Shown in pieces: positions 1 through 9,696 of a stretch of DNA of 64,000 nucleotides. Position 1 is the stretch's first letter. The number at the start of each line of letters is the position of its first letter. The notes below the pieces were generated by a model. The model had not been told where the DNA came from and ran no database searches. It was given only the letters and a program-made list of their open reading frames with translations. Made by a program: the position numbers and the translations under genes. Origin of the DNA: Thermodesulfobacteriota bacterium (GTDB taxonomy: Bacteria; Desulfobacterota; Desulfarculia; JACQYL01); the NCBI GenBank assembly GCA_963675595.2, contig CAXXLZ010000002.1, positions 3,552,001-3,616,000 on the forward strand, in the 5' to 3' direction.

Positions 1-59
1 GAACGGGCGTGCAGGCCCAGCTTGTTGACGATGCTGAAATCTTTGGTAAGGGTTTCCAT
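1..59 (-). CDS. ptsH: HPr phosphocarrier protein (5' part only, runs off the window)
   Basis: Reverse strand from ATG at 59 reads METLTKDFSIVNKLGLHAR, containing the HPr GLHAR phospho-His motif; 9 nt downstream of PTS IID. Confidence 0.9.
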   Translation of the reverse strand, partial: METLTKDFSIVNKLGLHAR

Positions 60-68
60 ATATCGAAT

Positions 69-836
69 CTACTCCGAAGGAAGTACCATAAACATGAGTA
101 TGAAAAGGGACAGTGCAACCCCGAGAATCATCGGAACGGGAATTCGCTTTGACAGAAAGAAATGAAAAACGAGTACGATCGGGAGGCAGAACCACTCTCC
201 GAATCCCTCCAAATGGGCGTCGATTCCGAAGTTCAGTGCACATTTTGCGCCGACAAGTCCCAAAACTATGGGCAGGATTCCTTTAAGGAGGACGACTCGG
301 GAGGGAATGTCCCAAGTCCTCAGACTCTCCAGTATCCCGATCCCTTTGAAGTAAGCCACATGAAGGCCGTATGCGCGAATAAACAAATGTACTGTATTGT
401 AGAAAAACAGGAAAATCAACGGAGCCCAAAGGGATTCTCTAAAGACGAAAAATAAAGCCGAGGCCGCGCAAAGCGGTCTAAGCGTGTTCCAGAAGAGGGC
501 GTCTCCCATCGCGGCGAAAGCCGTCATCGCTCCGGTCCTGAAATCGTCTATGAGAGATACGGGAATGTTCTTCCGTTCCCGATCTTCCTCCAGGCGAGCC
601 ACGGTGCCGATGATCAACGCCGCCATATAGGGCTGAGAATTGAAGGCTTCCATGTGTCTTCCACAGGCGTCCCGCAATTTGTCCGGGTGTTTTCCATAAA
701 CACGTTTGAGGGCAGGCAGAATGCTGAAAACAAAACCCAGATTCTGCATTCGCTCCAGATTCCAGGCTGCCTGCAGAAAGAAGGAGCGAAAAAAAAGACG
801 AAGCGGCACCAGGTCACGGCTTGGGATCATGTTCAC
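69..836 (-). CDS. PTS mannose/fructose/sorbose family IID component
   Basis: RSFFLQAAWNLERMQNLG, AFNSQP and AMGDALFW motifs of ManZ-type IID; hydrophobic C-terminus; adjacent to HPr. Confidence 0.88.
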   Translation of the reverse strand: MNMIPSRDLVPLRLFFRSFFLQAAWNLERMQNLGFVFSILPALKRVYGKHPDKLRDACGRHMEAFNSQPYMAALIIGTVARLEEDRERKNIPVSLIDDFRTGAMTAFAAMGDALFWNTLRPLCAASALFFVFRESLWAPLIFLFFYNTVHLFIRAYGLHVAYFKGIGILESLRTWDIPSRVVLLKGILPIVLGLVGAKCALNFGIDAHLEGFGEWFCLPIVLVFHFFLSKRIPVPMILGVALSLFILMFMVLPSE

Positions 837-1728
837 CTCGGCGCAAATCTTCCGGAGCCGGAGAGTCGTCCTCCAACTCTCGTTTGAGTCTGAGACCTTC
901 CTCGTAAACGATTCGTTTGGGGATTCCTCTGCTCGCAGCGACCTGCTTCACAAGTTCTCCCATGGGCTTCCCCGTTTCCTCCAGAAGAAGTTTCAGCTCC
1001 TCACCGATGGAAAGGGACGGCGTCGGTTCTCCTTCGAAGCCCCTGATGATCAGGGTGATTTCTCCACGGATTGCTTCTTGATCCAGACGCTGCAGAATGT
1101 CTTGTGCCGACCCCCTGAGGAACGTCTCGTGGATTTTGGTCATTTCCCGGGCAAGAACCATCGGGCGGTCGCCGAAAAGGTCGGCGATGTCCGAGAGGGT
1201 GTCCACCAACCGATGCGGGGCCTCGAACAGCACCAGAGTATAAGGGGTCCAGGAAAGCTCTTCGAGACGTTTGCGCCGTTGTCCGGCTTTGGAGGGGAGG
1301 AAGCCCTCAAACAAAAACGGAACCGAAGGAAAACCCGCGATGGAAAGGGCTGCCGTGGGCGCGGAAGCGCCGGGTATGGGGATGACTTGAACACCGGCCT
1401 CGAGCGCTTCAGTTACGAGTTCCATTCCGGGATCGGATACCACGGGGGTGCCGCCGTCGGTAATCAGTGCGACGGAGGCCCCGTCCCTGAGAAGTTCCAG
1501 GAGCTTGGCTCCCGCCTTGGACCGGTTGTGCCTGTGGTAGGCAACCAGTTTGGCTTTGATGCCGTAGTGCGAAAGCAGAATGCGACTTCTTCGGGTATCC
1601 TCAACGGCTAGGTAGTCCGCCTGTCTGAGTACGTCCAAGGCCCTCAACGTGACGTCCGCCAGATTTCCTATGGGGGTCGCCACAAGGTACAGCCGGCCGG
1701 TTACGGTTTCAGCAAGCTTCGAAGGCAT
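814..1728 (-). CDS. rsmI: 16S rRNA (C1402-2'-O)-methyltransferase RsmI
   Basis: LYLVATPIGNLAD, EDTR, SDPG, FEAPHR and REMTKIHE motifs; start placed at ATG 1728. Confidence 0.95.
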   Translation of the reverse strand: MPSKLAETVTGRLYLVATPIGNLADVTLRALDVLRQADYLAVEDTRRSRILLSHYGIKAKLVAYHRHNRSKAGAKLLELLRDGASVALITDGGTPVVSDPGMELVTEALEAGVQVIPIPGASAPTAALSIAGFPSVPFLFEGFLPSKAGQRRKRLEELSWTPYTLVLFEAPHRLVDTLSDIADLFGDRPMVLAREMTKIHETFLRGSAQDILQRLDQEAIRGEITLIIRGFEGEPTPSLSIGEELKLLLEETGKPMGELVKQVAASRGIPKRIVYEEGLRLKRELEDDSPAPEDLRRGEHDPKP

Positions 1729-2071
1729 TTTGGAAGTGTGTGACTTTGGGATCACAACCGGACTGCAGTTCCACGGTGACTACGTCGAATCGGGACGGCC
1801 TATCGAGCATATCCTTCTCTTTGAGATAGGAGACGGCGGCCATGGAAAGCGTCCGGCGTTTTTTCAGTGTAATGGATTCCGCGGGATGCTCGCAGAAACC
1901 GGCGGATGCCGACCTTACTTCGACAAAAACCGTAGTACGTCCGTCCTTGACCACCAGATCGATTTCGCCCAGCCTGCATCTGTAATTTTTATCAACGATT
2001 CGATATCCCAGCTTTTTAAGAAAAGACGCCGCGAGTTGTTCCGCTTGCGCTCCGGTCGCGTTGCGGTTCAT
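1709..2071 (-). CDS. yraN: YraN family (UPF0102) endonuclease-like protein
   Basis: G...AE..A...L, NYR...GEIDLV, VFVEVR and RFDVV motifs; between rnhB and rsmI. Confidence 0.9.
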   Translation of the reverse strand: MNRNATGAQAEQLAASFLKKLGYRIVDKNYRCRLGEIDLVVKDGRTTVFVEVRSASAGFCEHPAESITLKKRRTLSMAAVSYLKEKDMLDRPSRFDVVTVELQSGCDPKVTHFQNAFEAC

Positions 2072-2772
2072 GGGGCCTCAATGTTCGCGAGGCGCATGAG
2101 GGGCGGGGCGGGCGAGTCGAAGAATTCCCGGACTCCTTTGAAGGCTCTTCTATGGATGGGGCAAGGGCCTAACCGGGTCAGAGCGCTGCGGTGTTCTTTC
2201 GTGCCGTATCCTTTATTGGAGGCGAAATTGTAGCCCGGATAATTCACGTCGTACCATGCCATCATACGGTCACGCACCACTTTGGCGACAATGGAGGCGG
2301 CGCCGATGGAAGCGCTCAGTTGATCGCCTTTGACCACGGCCCGCTGGGACGTAAAGCCGGGAATGGGGAAATTGCCGTCTACGAGCACAAAATCCGCAGG
2401 CCGACGAAGTCCCTCGATCGCCCAGCGCATCGCCTGGATCGATGCGCCAAGGATGTTCAGCTTTTCAATGTCGTCGGTATGGCAGACGCCGACACCGACG
2501 GCCAAAGCTCTCGTTAGAATTTCGTCGAACAGGGTTTCGCGAAGATCCGGGGAAAGAGACTTGGAATCCCCCACCCCGGGAATCAAGTCTTCTCTGCTCA
2601 GGATTACGGCGGCGCCCACCACGGGACCGGCCAGTGGGCCGCGGCCCGCTTCGTCCGCTCCGGCAACCATCTGGAAGCCCTGGTCCCAGGCCATTCGCTC
2701 AAATTCCGTTAAGTCCGGGGAACACGAGCGAGGAATCCGCCCTCCGGATCCCTTTCCCGGTTTCCCCGCCAT
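2068..2772 (-). CDS. rnhB: Ribonuclease HII
   Basis: GADEAGRGPLAGPV, DSK, VDG, KGD, AASIVAKV, NKGYGT and HRRAF motifs. Confidence 0.96.
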   Translation of the reverse strand: MAGKPGKGSGGRIPRSCSPDLTEFERMAWDQGFQMVAGADEAGRGPLAGPVVGAAVILSREDLIPGVGDSKSLSPDLRETLFDEILTRALAVGVGVCHTDDIEKLNILGASIQAMRWAIEGLRRPADFVLVDGNFPIPGFTSQRAVVKGDQLSASIGAASIVAKVVRDRMMAWYDVNYPGYNFASNKGYGTKEHRSALTRLGPCPIHRRAFKGVREFFDSPAPPLMRLANIEAP

Positions 2773-2773
2773 A

Positions 2774-3124
2774 TCAGGAGCGTCTCGCTTCCTTGATGCG
2801 GGCGGCTTTTCCCTGAAGCTTTCTCATGTAGTAGAGTCGTGAGCGGCGTACACGGCCTTTGGTGACCACGTCTATCTTGTCGATGATCGGGGAATGAAAC
2901 GGAAAAATTCGCTCAACGCCCACGCCGTAGGAAATCTTCCTGACCGTGAATGTGGCTCCCATGCGCCCTTTTCGCTTGCGTAAAACGAATCCTTCGAAAA
3001 CCTGGATGCGCTTCTTTTCTCCTTCTTTGATGACCACATGCACGCGCACGGTGTCCCCCGTGGAGAAATCCGGGTGGTCCATACGCATCTGTTCCATTTC
3101 CAGTTGGTTGATAACCGGGTGCAT
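2774..3124 (-). CDS. rplS: 50S ribosomal protein L19
   Basis: [42 protein letters not shown]; start ATG 3124 behind a GGAGG SD. Confidence 0.97.
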   Translation of the reverse strand: MHPVINQLEMEQMRMDHPDFSTGDTVRVHVVIKEGEKKRIQVFEGFVLRKRKGRMGATFTVRKISYGVGVERIFPFHSPIIDKIDVVTKGRVRRSRLYYMRKLQGKAARIKEARRS

Positions 3125-3217
3125 CTCGCGTTCCTCCTGATTGATTCGGACCGGCCGGTGGTTTGCTCTCACCGACGGAGCCGGACCCGCTTTGTTTCGC
3201 TTCCTTATCTTATCATC

Positions 3218-3784
3218 TCACCGGTCGACGCCCAAGAGCCGGTCCGTGATGATCGCGGCCGCCGAGCGCACTGAAAGGTGATTGTAGCCGTTTAAGCCGG
3301 GTATGGGTTCAAGGGTCACACACTCGTCCGGGAGACCTTCCCGGGCCAAACCCCATGCAGTTCCGAAAAGCAGCAACCAAGGGCCCCTCGCTCGCACCAT
3401 CTCCCTCATCGCCGCGTAACTTACGTGCGGTGAGCGGCTCGTTGCGCCGGTGAGAATCAGGTGGGGCCGTTTTCCTTCTCTATCCTCGATATCCTCGCAA
3501 GCCGTTTCCAGGGAATCCACCACGCGTGCGTGCTCAAGCGCCTTTTTGCGGTCGGGGTTCACCTGGGCCCCATAGCCTTGTGTCCAGTGACGTATGAGTC
3601 GTTTCGCGAGTTCGCTTTGATCCTCGACCGGTGTAATTACGTAAAAACCGGGGACACTATATGTGGCGGCCAGCCGGCTTAAGTCATGAATATCCAAATT
3701 CGTCACGGCGGAGGCGACGAGCTCTTTGTTGCGATTGTAGACCGGGTAGTGTACCAGTCCCAAATACAGGCGATTATTACCCAC
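3218..3784 (-). CDS. SPOUT-like RNA methyltransferase (DUF2168/COG4752 type, trmD-associated)
   Basis: LVHYPV, SAVTNLDIHD, LLFGTAWGL and YNHLSVRSAAAIITDRL motifs; directly downstream of trmD. Confidence 0.8.
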   Translation of the reverse strand: MGNNRLYLGLVHYPVYNRNKELVASAVTNLDIHDLSRLAATYSVPGFYVITPVEDQSELAKRLIRHWTQGYGAQVNPDRKKALEHARVVDSLETACEDIEDREGKRPHLILTGATSRSPHVSYAAMREMVRARGPWLLLFGTAWGLAREGLPDECVTLEPIPGLNGYNHLSVRSAAAIITDRLLGVDR

Positions 3785-3869
3785 GTGCGTTTGCGTGTGA
3801 TCTCGTTCGGCTTGGACGTCGCCGTGACCGGGCCTTCGGAAGCGGAAGACGTTCGTTATGCCGTGTCCC

Positions 3870-4586
3870 TCATTCTTCGGGAAAGGGCTCTCCGGAATTT
3901 CCCTCCAGCCGTTCCGCCAGATCGGGCCGTCGCGTTCGGGTGAGCCTCAAGGATTGATCAAGGCGCCACCGTTTGATTTCTCCGTGATTCCCGGACAGCA
4001 GGATCTCGGGAACCACATGCCCTTCGAAGTCGGGAGGACGCGTGTATTGAGGATACTCGATCAAGCCTCGATCGAAACTCTCCTCCTCGATGGATTCGGC
4101 GTTTCCCAACACTCCGGGGACCAAACGAAACACCGTGTCCAAAATCACCAATGCCGCAATCTCTCCACCCGTCAATACATAGTCGCCGATGGAGAGCTCT
4201 TCGTCGACATAATGGATCACCCGCTCGTCCACGCCCTCGTAATGGCCGCACACCAGAGCGATTCGATCCAAACCGGACAGTTCTCGGGCCTTTGATTGAG
4301 TGAGAACTTTCCCCCTCGGAGATAGGAGCACCACATGAGGTGCCCCTGCGGAAGGATCGGACGTCAAAGAACGAATGGCTCCGACGATCGGTTCCACCTT
4401 GAGCACCATGCCGGAACCGCCACCATACGGACGATCATCGGCTTGGGCATGCTTCCCCGCGGCAAAATCACGGATGTTCACCACATTGACCCCGACGCAC
4501 CCGGACTCGATGGCTCTCTTGAGCATGCTCTCCTTGAGAGGAGAATCGAAAAAGCCCGGAAACAGGGTCAAGATATCAAAATTCAT
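3870..4586 (-). CDS. trmD: tRNA (guanine37-N1)-methyltransferase TrmD
   Basis: DDRPYGGGSGM, CGHYEGVDER, SIGDYVLTGGE, YPQYTRP, LLSGNH. Confidence 0.97.
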   Translation of the reverse strand: MNFDILTLFPGFFDSPLKESMLKRAIESGCVGVNVVNIRDFAAGKHAQADDRPYGGGSGMVLKVEPIVGAIRSLTSDPSAGAPHVVLLSPRGKVLTQSKARELSGLDRIALVCGHYEGVDERVIHYVDEELSIGDYVLTGGEIAALVILDTVFRLVPGVLGNAESIEEESFDRGLIEYPQYTRPPDFEGHVVPEILLSGNHGEIKRWRLDQSLRLTRTRRPDLAERLEGNSGEPFPEE

Positions 4587-4604
4587 GTCCTTCTTCGGGG
4601 GAAT

Positions 4605-5126
4605 CTAAAATTCTTCAGGAAATTCAAGGCGGATCGTGCCGTTGGGCAAGTCCACCTCCCGGACGAATTCTTCTACCGCCGGGATCAGCCGTTCACCGGC
4701 CGTACTTCTCACCACCAACACGTCATGGGCTTCAGTGCGGAAAAGGGACTTCACTTCCCCCCGGAAAGCGCCCTCCGCATCCAAAACCTTTAAACCGATG
4801 AGCTCAAACCAATAGAATTGGTCTTCTCCGGCGTCCCCCAAGCTGGACCTGGGCACCAGGAGTGAAGACCCGCTCAATCGGTCGGCACGCCCCACCTCCT
4901 CGAAGCCTTCGAAACGTACAAGGAGGAAGCGACCCCGCGGTATTGCCGAAACAATGTTTAGGCGTCGGGGCACTCCTCCTTTGGGCTCGAGAAACACCGA
5001 ATTTCCCGGTTGGAAGAAGTCATGGGAGTCGGCATAAGACTCGATCTTCACAAAGCCTTCGATCCCGTAGGGCCCTAATACCCTGCCCATGGGCACGAGA
5101 TCGTCGGCCTCATTCAATGATTTCAA
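4605..5126 (-). CDS. rimM: Ribosome maturation factor RimM
   Basis: [33 protein letters not shown]; position between khpA and trmD. Confidence 0.93.
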   Translation of the reverse strand: MKSLNEADDLVPMGRVLGPYGIEGFVKIESYADSHDFFQPGNSVFLEPKGGVPRRLNIVSAIPRGRFLLVRFEGFEEVGRADRLSGSSLLVPRSSLGDAGEDQFYWFELIGLKVLDAEGAFRGEVKSLFRTEAHDVLVVRSTAGERLIPAVEEFVREVDLPNGTIRLEFPEEF

Positions 5127-5340
5127 GCACCGACCTTTTGCGTATCTTGGTGGAGGCGGCGCTCAAAATAGTTCGCATGGCCCTCGCCGTCCTACCTTGC
5201 TTACCGATAACTTTGCCCAGGTCTTCTTTGGCCACTTTCAGTTCGATCACCGAGGTTTGTTCGCCTTCGATCTCATTTACCTCAACGTCATCCGGACGAT
5301 CCACCAAACTTTTAGCGATAAACTCTATCAGCTCTTTCAT
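5110..5340 (-). CDS. khpA: KH-domain RNA-binding protein KhpA
   Basis: [23 protein letters not shown] (GxxG KH loop); rpsP-khpA-rimM order; start ATG 5340. Confidence 0.92.
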   Translation of the reverse strand: MKELIEFIAKSLVDRPDDVEVNEIEGEQTSVIELKVAKEDLGKVIGKQGRTARAMRTILSAASTKIRKRSVLEIIE

Positions 5341-5521
5341 CGAGAACTCCTCCCCGGTTGAAGTGTCATCGGTCATGTCTGCATGCTTGATCTCCCCCAC
5401 TCCCCATCGCATCTTGTCGCTGTACTTCAAGAGGAAGTTCCATGGTCCAGACAGACGAAGATTTTTTTCAATCGAACCGATCAGGAAAGGGTTCGCCCGG
5501 TCTGTAAATCGAAGGACTGGA

Positions 5522-5764
5522 TCAGAAGTATCCCCCCGATTTGCAGAGGTGCCCCACTGTGTCGGTGGGTACCGCGCCCTTCTTCAGCCAATCGTCCAGT
5601 CGATCTTTATCGACTCTGAACTCGGAGGGTTGTTTTCGCGGGTCATAGGTCCCCAGGACCTCAATGAATCTTCCGTCCCTGGGCGCCTGAGAATCCGCTA
5701 CAACCACTCGATAAAAGGGTCGTTTTTTAGCTCCCATTCGAGCCAACCTGATTTTCACCGGCAT
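5522..5764 (-). CDS. rpsP: 30S ribosomal protein S16
   Basis: [50 protein letters not shown]. Confidence 0.97.
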   Translation of the reverse strand: MPVKIRLARMGAKKRPFYRVVVADSQAPRDGRFIEVLGTYDPRKQPSEFRVDKDRLDDWLKKGAVPTDTVGHLCKSGGYF

Positions 5765-5897
5765 TTCGACAATTACCCCTTTCTTTACGTTGCTGAAAAA
5801 CTCAGCAGTTTGGTTCATCCCATCGGCGCGGTTTCTTCAATCTGCTTTTCCGAGCAACCAAGGATCCGACATGGCCAAAAAAGTCCCAATGTGAATC

Positions 5898-5926
5898 ATT
5901 TTATTTACAAACGAATGATTTAGCAA
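5898..5926 (-). promoter_or_regulatory. Sigma70-like promoter for the rpsP operon
   Basis: Minus strand TTGCTA-N17-TAAAAT in an AT-rich patch ~135 nt upstream of rpsP. Confidence 0.55.
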
Positions 5927-5941
5927 TGGCTTCGGTTCATT

Positions 5942-7276
5942 CTAAAAAGGAAAACCGCCTTTAAGCAAACCTCGCTTCTTGCCGCCTTTTCCCCCGAACT
6001 GGCGGAGCATCTTTTTCATCTGTGCGAAATTTTTCAACAGCGAGTTCACGTCCTGGACGGTGGTGCCGCTCCCACGCGCGATTCGTTTGCGTCGGCCGGC
6101 ATTGATGATCTGGTGGTTGGCCCGTTCCTCGAGAGTCATGGAACTGATGATGGCTTCCACCCTTACGAGTTCGTTTTCGTTAAGATCCAGTCCCTTATTC
6201 TTGAGCTTGCCGAAACCGGGGATCATTCCGAGAATCTGTTCCAGAGATCCCATCTTCTTGATCTGCTTCAATTGGTCGCGAAAATCTTCCAACGTGAACG
6301 CGTCTTTGCGTATTTTCTGTTCGAGCTCCTGAGCCTGCGTTTGGTCGATGGCGGCCTGCGCCTTTTCCACGAGGGTCAGGACGTCTCCCATCCCAAGAAT
6401 CCTGGACGCCATTCTTTCGGGGTGGAACACCTCGATGGCTTCCAGCTTCTCACCCATACCGACCATCTTGATGGGTTTCTGAGTGACGGCTTTGATGGAA
6501 AGAGCCGCACCGCCTCGGGCATCGCCGTCCATCTTGGTCAGGACGACGCCTCCGATGTCGAGCATCTCGTCGAATTTAGCGGCTACGTTCACAGCGTCCT
6601 GGCCCGTCATGGCGTCCGCGACGAAAAGTATTTCCGAAGGGTGCACCGCCTTTTTGATTTCCTGGAGCTCGTTCATCAGCTCCTCATCAATGTGCAGTCG
6701 ACCGGCGGTGTCCACGATGAGGACGTCTTTGTTCTTTTCGACGGCCGCCTTCACGGCCTGCTGAGCGATCTGAACCGGAGACTCCCGTGCGTCCGAGGGA
6801 AAAGTATCGACGCCGATCTGGCTGCCCAGCCTCTCCAACTGGTCAATAGCCGCGGGTCGATACACGTCGGCGGAAACCAAGGCGCAGGAACGACCGTGGG
6901 CTTGCAGGTGCAAGGCCAGCTTACCCGCGGTGGTGGTCTTGCCCGAGCCCTGAAGTCCGACGAGCATGAGCACGTGGGGCCGGCTTCCGGTGAGGTTGAG
7001 CTCCTGGCTCTTGCCCCCCATCAGTTCGACGAGTTCCTCGTTGACGATCTTAATGACCTGCTGGGCCGGGGTCAGGCTTTTCATTACCTCCGCGCCGACG
7101 GCCCGTTGGCGCACGGTCTCAATGAAATTCTTGGTGACCCGATAGTGGACGTCGGCTTCGAGCAGAGCCATTCGCACTTCCCGCAGTCCGGCCTTGATGT
7201 TCTCTTCGGTGAGTTTTCCCCGAGATTTTAGGGCCTTGAATGCGGAGTCCAGTTTGGCGGTCAGGCTGTCGAACAT
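5942..7276 (-). CDS. ffh: Signal recognition particle protein Ffh
   Basis: ALLEADV, GLQGSGKTT, DTAGR, TKMDGDARGG and Met-rich M domain. Confidence 0.98.
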   Translation of the reverse strand: MFDSLTAKLDSAFKALKSRGKLTEENIKAGLREVRMALLEADVHYRVTKNFIETVRQRAVGAEVMKSLTPAQQVIKIVNEELVELMGGKSQELNLTGSRPHVLMLVGLQGSGKTTTAGKLALHLQAHGRSCALVSADVYRPAAIDQLERLGSQIGVDTFPSDARESPVQIAQQAVKAAVEKNKDVLIVDTAGRLHIDEELMNELQEIKKAVHPSEILFVADAMTGQDAVNVAAKFDEMLDIGGVVLTKMDGDARGGAALSIKAVTQKPIKMVGMGEKLEAIEVFHPERMASRILGMGDVLTLVEKAQAAIDQTQAQELEQKIRKDAFTLEDFRDQLKQIKKMGSLEQILGMIPGFGKLKNKGLDLNENELVRVEAIISSMTLEERANHQIINAGRRKRIARGSGTTVQDVNSLLKNFAQMKKMLRQFGGKGGKKRGLLKGGFPF

Positions 7277-7355
7277 AATAAGACCGTTTCCTTAATGAAC
7301 CGGGACGTAAAGCGACATCGATTACGGGAACGACATCTGAAGTCGGAAATTGTCA

Positions 7356-7384
7356 AATATATTTAGGAGGCATCGAGATGTCAA
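7356..7384 (-). promoter_or_regulatory. Sigma70-like promoter for ffh
   Basis: Minus strand TTGACA-N17-TATATT, 80 nt upstream of the ffh start. Confidence 0.6.
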
Positions 7385-7475
7385 GAGAATAAGGGAAGAG
7401 GCGGAAATGAAGCGCTGTACGGGTTGGACGCCCCTAACCGCGAAGGAAGGCTTTCGGAAAGGGGTGCGATGAGAC

Positions 7476-7796
7476 TTAAGAGAATGCCTTGACCGGAAGT
7501 CGTTCCACACAAACCTCCATGAGGACCGTGCCGCCCCTTGGACCCCTGCACGGGTCGGGGCACTGGATCAAAGCCACCTCAGGCGCGTGCTCCTCGGCAA
7601 GTCCCAGATGTTCCGCGAGAACACTCTTGCTTAATGCGGCGTAGAAAGGAAGAAGGGAAGCCAGCGAATGCATGCAGACGGCCCGTCCATTGCTCGGCCG
7701 CAGCATGAATCCTCGTTCGATCCGGAAAGTATCCCCGATTTCATAAACCGGACAGTGACCTCGGATCTCTCTGATTGTGACCCGAAGTGTGTTCAA
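7476..7796 (-). CDS. TIGR04076-like small Cys-containing protein
   Basis: GHCPVYEIGD, CMHSL and QCPDP...GGTV pattern typical of this anaerobe family; the 5' end overlaps the hydrolase gene. Confidence 0.65.
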   Translation of the reverse strand: MNTLRVTIREIRGHCPVYEIGDTFRIERGFMLRPSNGRAVCMHSLASLLPFYAALSKSVLAEHLGLAEEHAPEVALIQCPDPCRGPRGGTVLMEVCVERLPVKAFS

Positions 7797-8394
7797 ACCA
7801 TCCTCGCACGGTCTTACGGATCTCGGTTTCCCTGCCGATATAGAAATGATCCCCCTGCAGAATTTCCGATGCGGCCAAGTTGGTCAGGGATTCCAAGAAC
7901 GGCTCGAGTTGGGAAAGGGGGCAAACATCGTCCCTGTTGGTGGCGACGATATAAACCGGGGTCCGCGATTCTTCGACTTCATGGAAATCCCAAATGGACA
8001 GTGGAGGTGAGATGAGAATCACGGCGGAAGGTTTGAGTTCGGCAGCCGTTTTTGCTGCAATCCATGCGCCGAAAGAGTACCCGGCGATCATCCGGTCGGT
8101 ACAACCGACGGTCGCCAGATGTTGGTAGGCCGCAGCCAAATCTTCTTCTTCTCCCTTTCCGCGGTCGTAATTTCCGGAGCTGCCGCCCACGCCCCGGAAA
8201 TTGAAGGCCAGTGCGCCCACATCGGCGTCAAGCAAGCCTTCAGCCGCGGCCCGAACCACGTTGTTGTGCATATTTCCCCCGTAAAGAGGGTGCGGATGGG
8301 CCACGACGGCTCCCCGGTTTCCCGGGCCCGGGCTCCATAGACCTTCCAGGGTCAATGTGCCCGAAAGAATACGAATTTCTTCGGTTGACTTCAT
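7741..8394 (-). CDS. Alpha/beta hydrolase (COG2945 type)
   Basis: HPHPLYGGNM, FNFRGVGGS, GYSFG nucleophile elbow and DHF; ATG 8394 overlaps the upstream stop (ATGA). Confidence 0.88.
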   Translation of the reverse strand: MKSTEEIRILSGTLTLEGLWSPGPGNRGAVVAHPHPLYGGNMHNNVVRAAAEGLLDADVGALAFNFRGVGGSSGNYDRGKGEEEDLAAAYQHLATVGCTDRMIAGYSFGAWIAAKTAAELKPSAVILISPPLSIWDFHEVEESRTPVYIVATNRDDVCPLSQLEPFLESLTNLAASEILQGDHFYIGRETEIRKTVRGWFEHTSGHNQRDPRSLSGL

Positions 8395-8942
8395 TGGGCG
8401 CAACTTCCGACGTAGGCGGCTCCCGACTCCAATGCCTCGCAATTGAGGCGGAAAAGGTCGGGATTCTTGCCTCCCATGCCGGTTTCCAGGGCCTCTTGAA
8501 TGCTCTTCAGAGAAACTACACCGCATGTTTCCACAAAAGCCCCGAGGATGACCATGTTGGCAAGTTGTTCCCTGCCGACTTTGGACGCCAGTTCCAGCGA
8601 GGGCACGGCCAGACTGCGGATACCGTCGAACACGACCTCTTTCATGTCGATCAAGGAACTGTTCACAATGAGTAATCCGTCTTTTCGAACCCTGGGACCG
8701 AATTTCAACAAGGACGGGAGGTTCAGGACGATGCTGGAACGAGGGCTCTGAATGATGGGTGAACCGATCTCACGGTCCGAGATAACCACCGTGCAGTTGG
8801 CCGTTCCCCCCCGCATCTCGACCCCGTAAACGGGCATGTAGGTGGTGTTCTTGTCTTCCAGCATTGCGGCCGTGGCCAACAGGTTCCCTATGAACATGAC
8901 CCCTTGTCCGCCGAATCCCGCTATGATCGTGTCGTAATACAT
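8391..8942 (-). CDS. 2-oxoacid:ferredoxin oxidoreductase gamma subunit
   Basis: AGFGGQG, YGVEMRGGTANC, ANMVILGA. Confidence 0.92.
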   Translation of the reverse strand: MYYDTIIAGFGGQGVMFIGNLLATAAMLEDKNTTYMPVYGVEMRGGTANCTVVISDREIGSPIIQSPRSSIVLNLPSLLKFGPRVRKDGLLIVNSSLIDMKEVVFDGIRSLAVPSLELASKVGREQLANMVILGAFVETCGVVSLKSIQEALETGMGGKNPDLFRLNCEALESGAAYVGSCAQ

Positions 8943-8943
8943 A

Positions 8944-9696
8944 TCAACTCTCCAGGCCGGCGGTGGCGTCCTTGAAGACTCCCAACGGAAAAATCGGGAT
9001 CATAACGTCCTGGACGTGTTTCTTCGCCTTCAATGGGGGCATTTTCCAGTTGGTGGGGCATGCGCTGAGGAATTCGACGAAGCCGAACCCCACGTTCTTT
9101 ATCTGGACCTCAAAGGCCTTGTCCAATGCTTTCTTCGCCTTCATCAAGTGCTTGGGATCGTGTACCGATACCCGCGCGGAATAGGCAACGCCGCCGAGTT
9201 GGGACATAATCTCGCTCATGAGGATGGGGTGCCCCGCTTCTTCCGCCGACCGTCCGTAAGGAGACGTGGTGGTGGTCTGGCCTATGAGCGTGGTGGGCGC
9301 CATCTGCCCCCCGGTCATTCCGTAGGTCGTGTTGTTCACGAAAACTACGGTGAGTCGCTCTCCTCGGTTCGCGGCATGAATGACTTCCGCGGTACCGATG
9401 GCCGCAAGGTCGCCGTCGCCCTGGTATGTGAAAACGAAGTTGGAGGGACGTGCGCGTTTCACCCCCGTGGCCACGGCGGCGGCCCTTCCGTGAGGTGCCT
9501 CCAGGACGTCCACGTCGAAATAATCGTACATGAAAACGGAACAACCCACCGAGGCCACACCGATGGTGTCCTCTCGCAGATCAAACCGGTCCAAGGCCTC
9601 GGCCACGAGCCGGTGAATGATACCGTGATGACACCCCGGACAGAAGTGCATGGGCACGTCTATGAGGGACCGGGGCCGCTTGAATACCTGCTTCAT
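8944..9696 (-). CDS. 2-oxoacid:ferredoxin oxidoreductase beta (TPP-binding) subunit
   Basis: FCPGCHHG, VGCS, HGRA, GDGD...NN..YGMTGGQ, CPTNW. Confidence 0.93.
   Translation of the reverse strand: MKQVFKRPRSLIDVPMHFCPGCHHGIIHRLVAEALDRFDLREDTIGVASVGCSVFMYDYFDVDVLEAPHGRAAAVATGVKRARPSNFVFTYQGDGDLAAIGTAEVIHAANRGERLTVVFVNNTTYGMTGGQMAPTTLIGQTTTTSPYGRSAEEAGHPILMSEIMSQLGGVAYSARVSVHDPKHLMKAKKALDKAFEVQIKNVGFGFVEFLSACPTNWKMPPLKAKKHVQDVMIPIFPLGVFKDATAGLES

Noticed and set aside
7400-7475. GAAGGAAG upstream of ffh as a possible SRP RNA (ffs)
   Set aside because: It lacks the CAGG...GGAA...AGCA helix-8 arrangement and the long enclosing stem.
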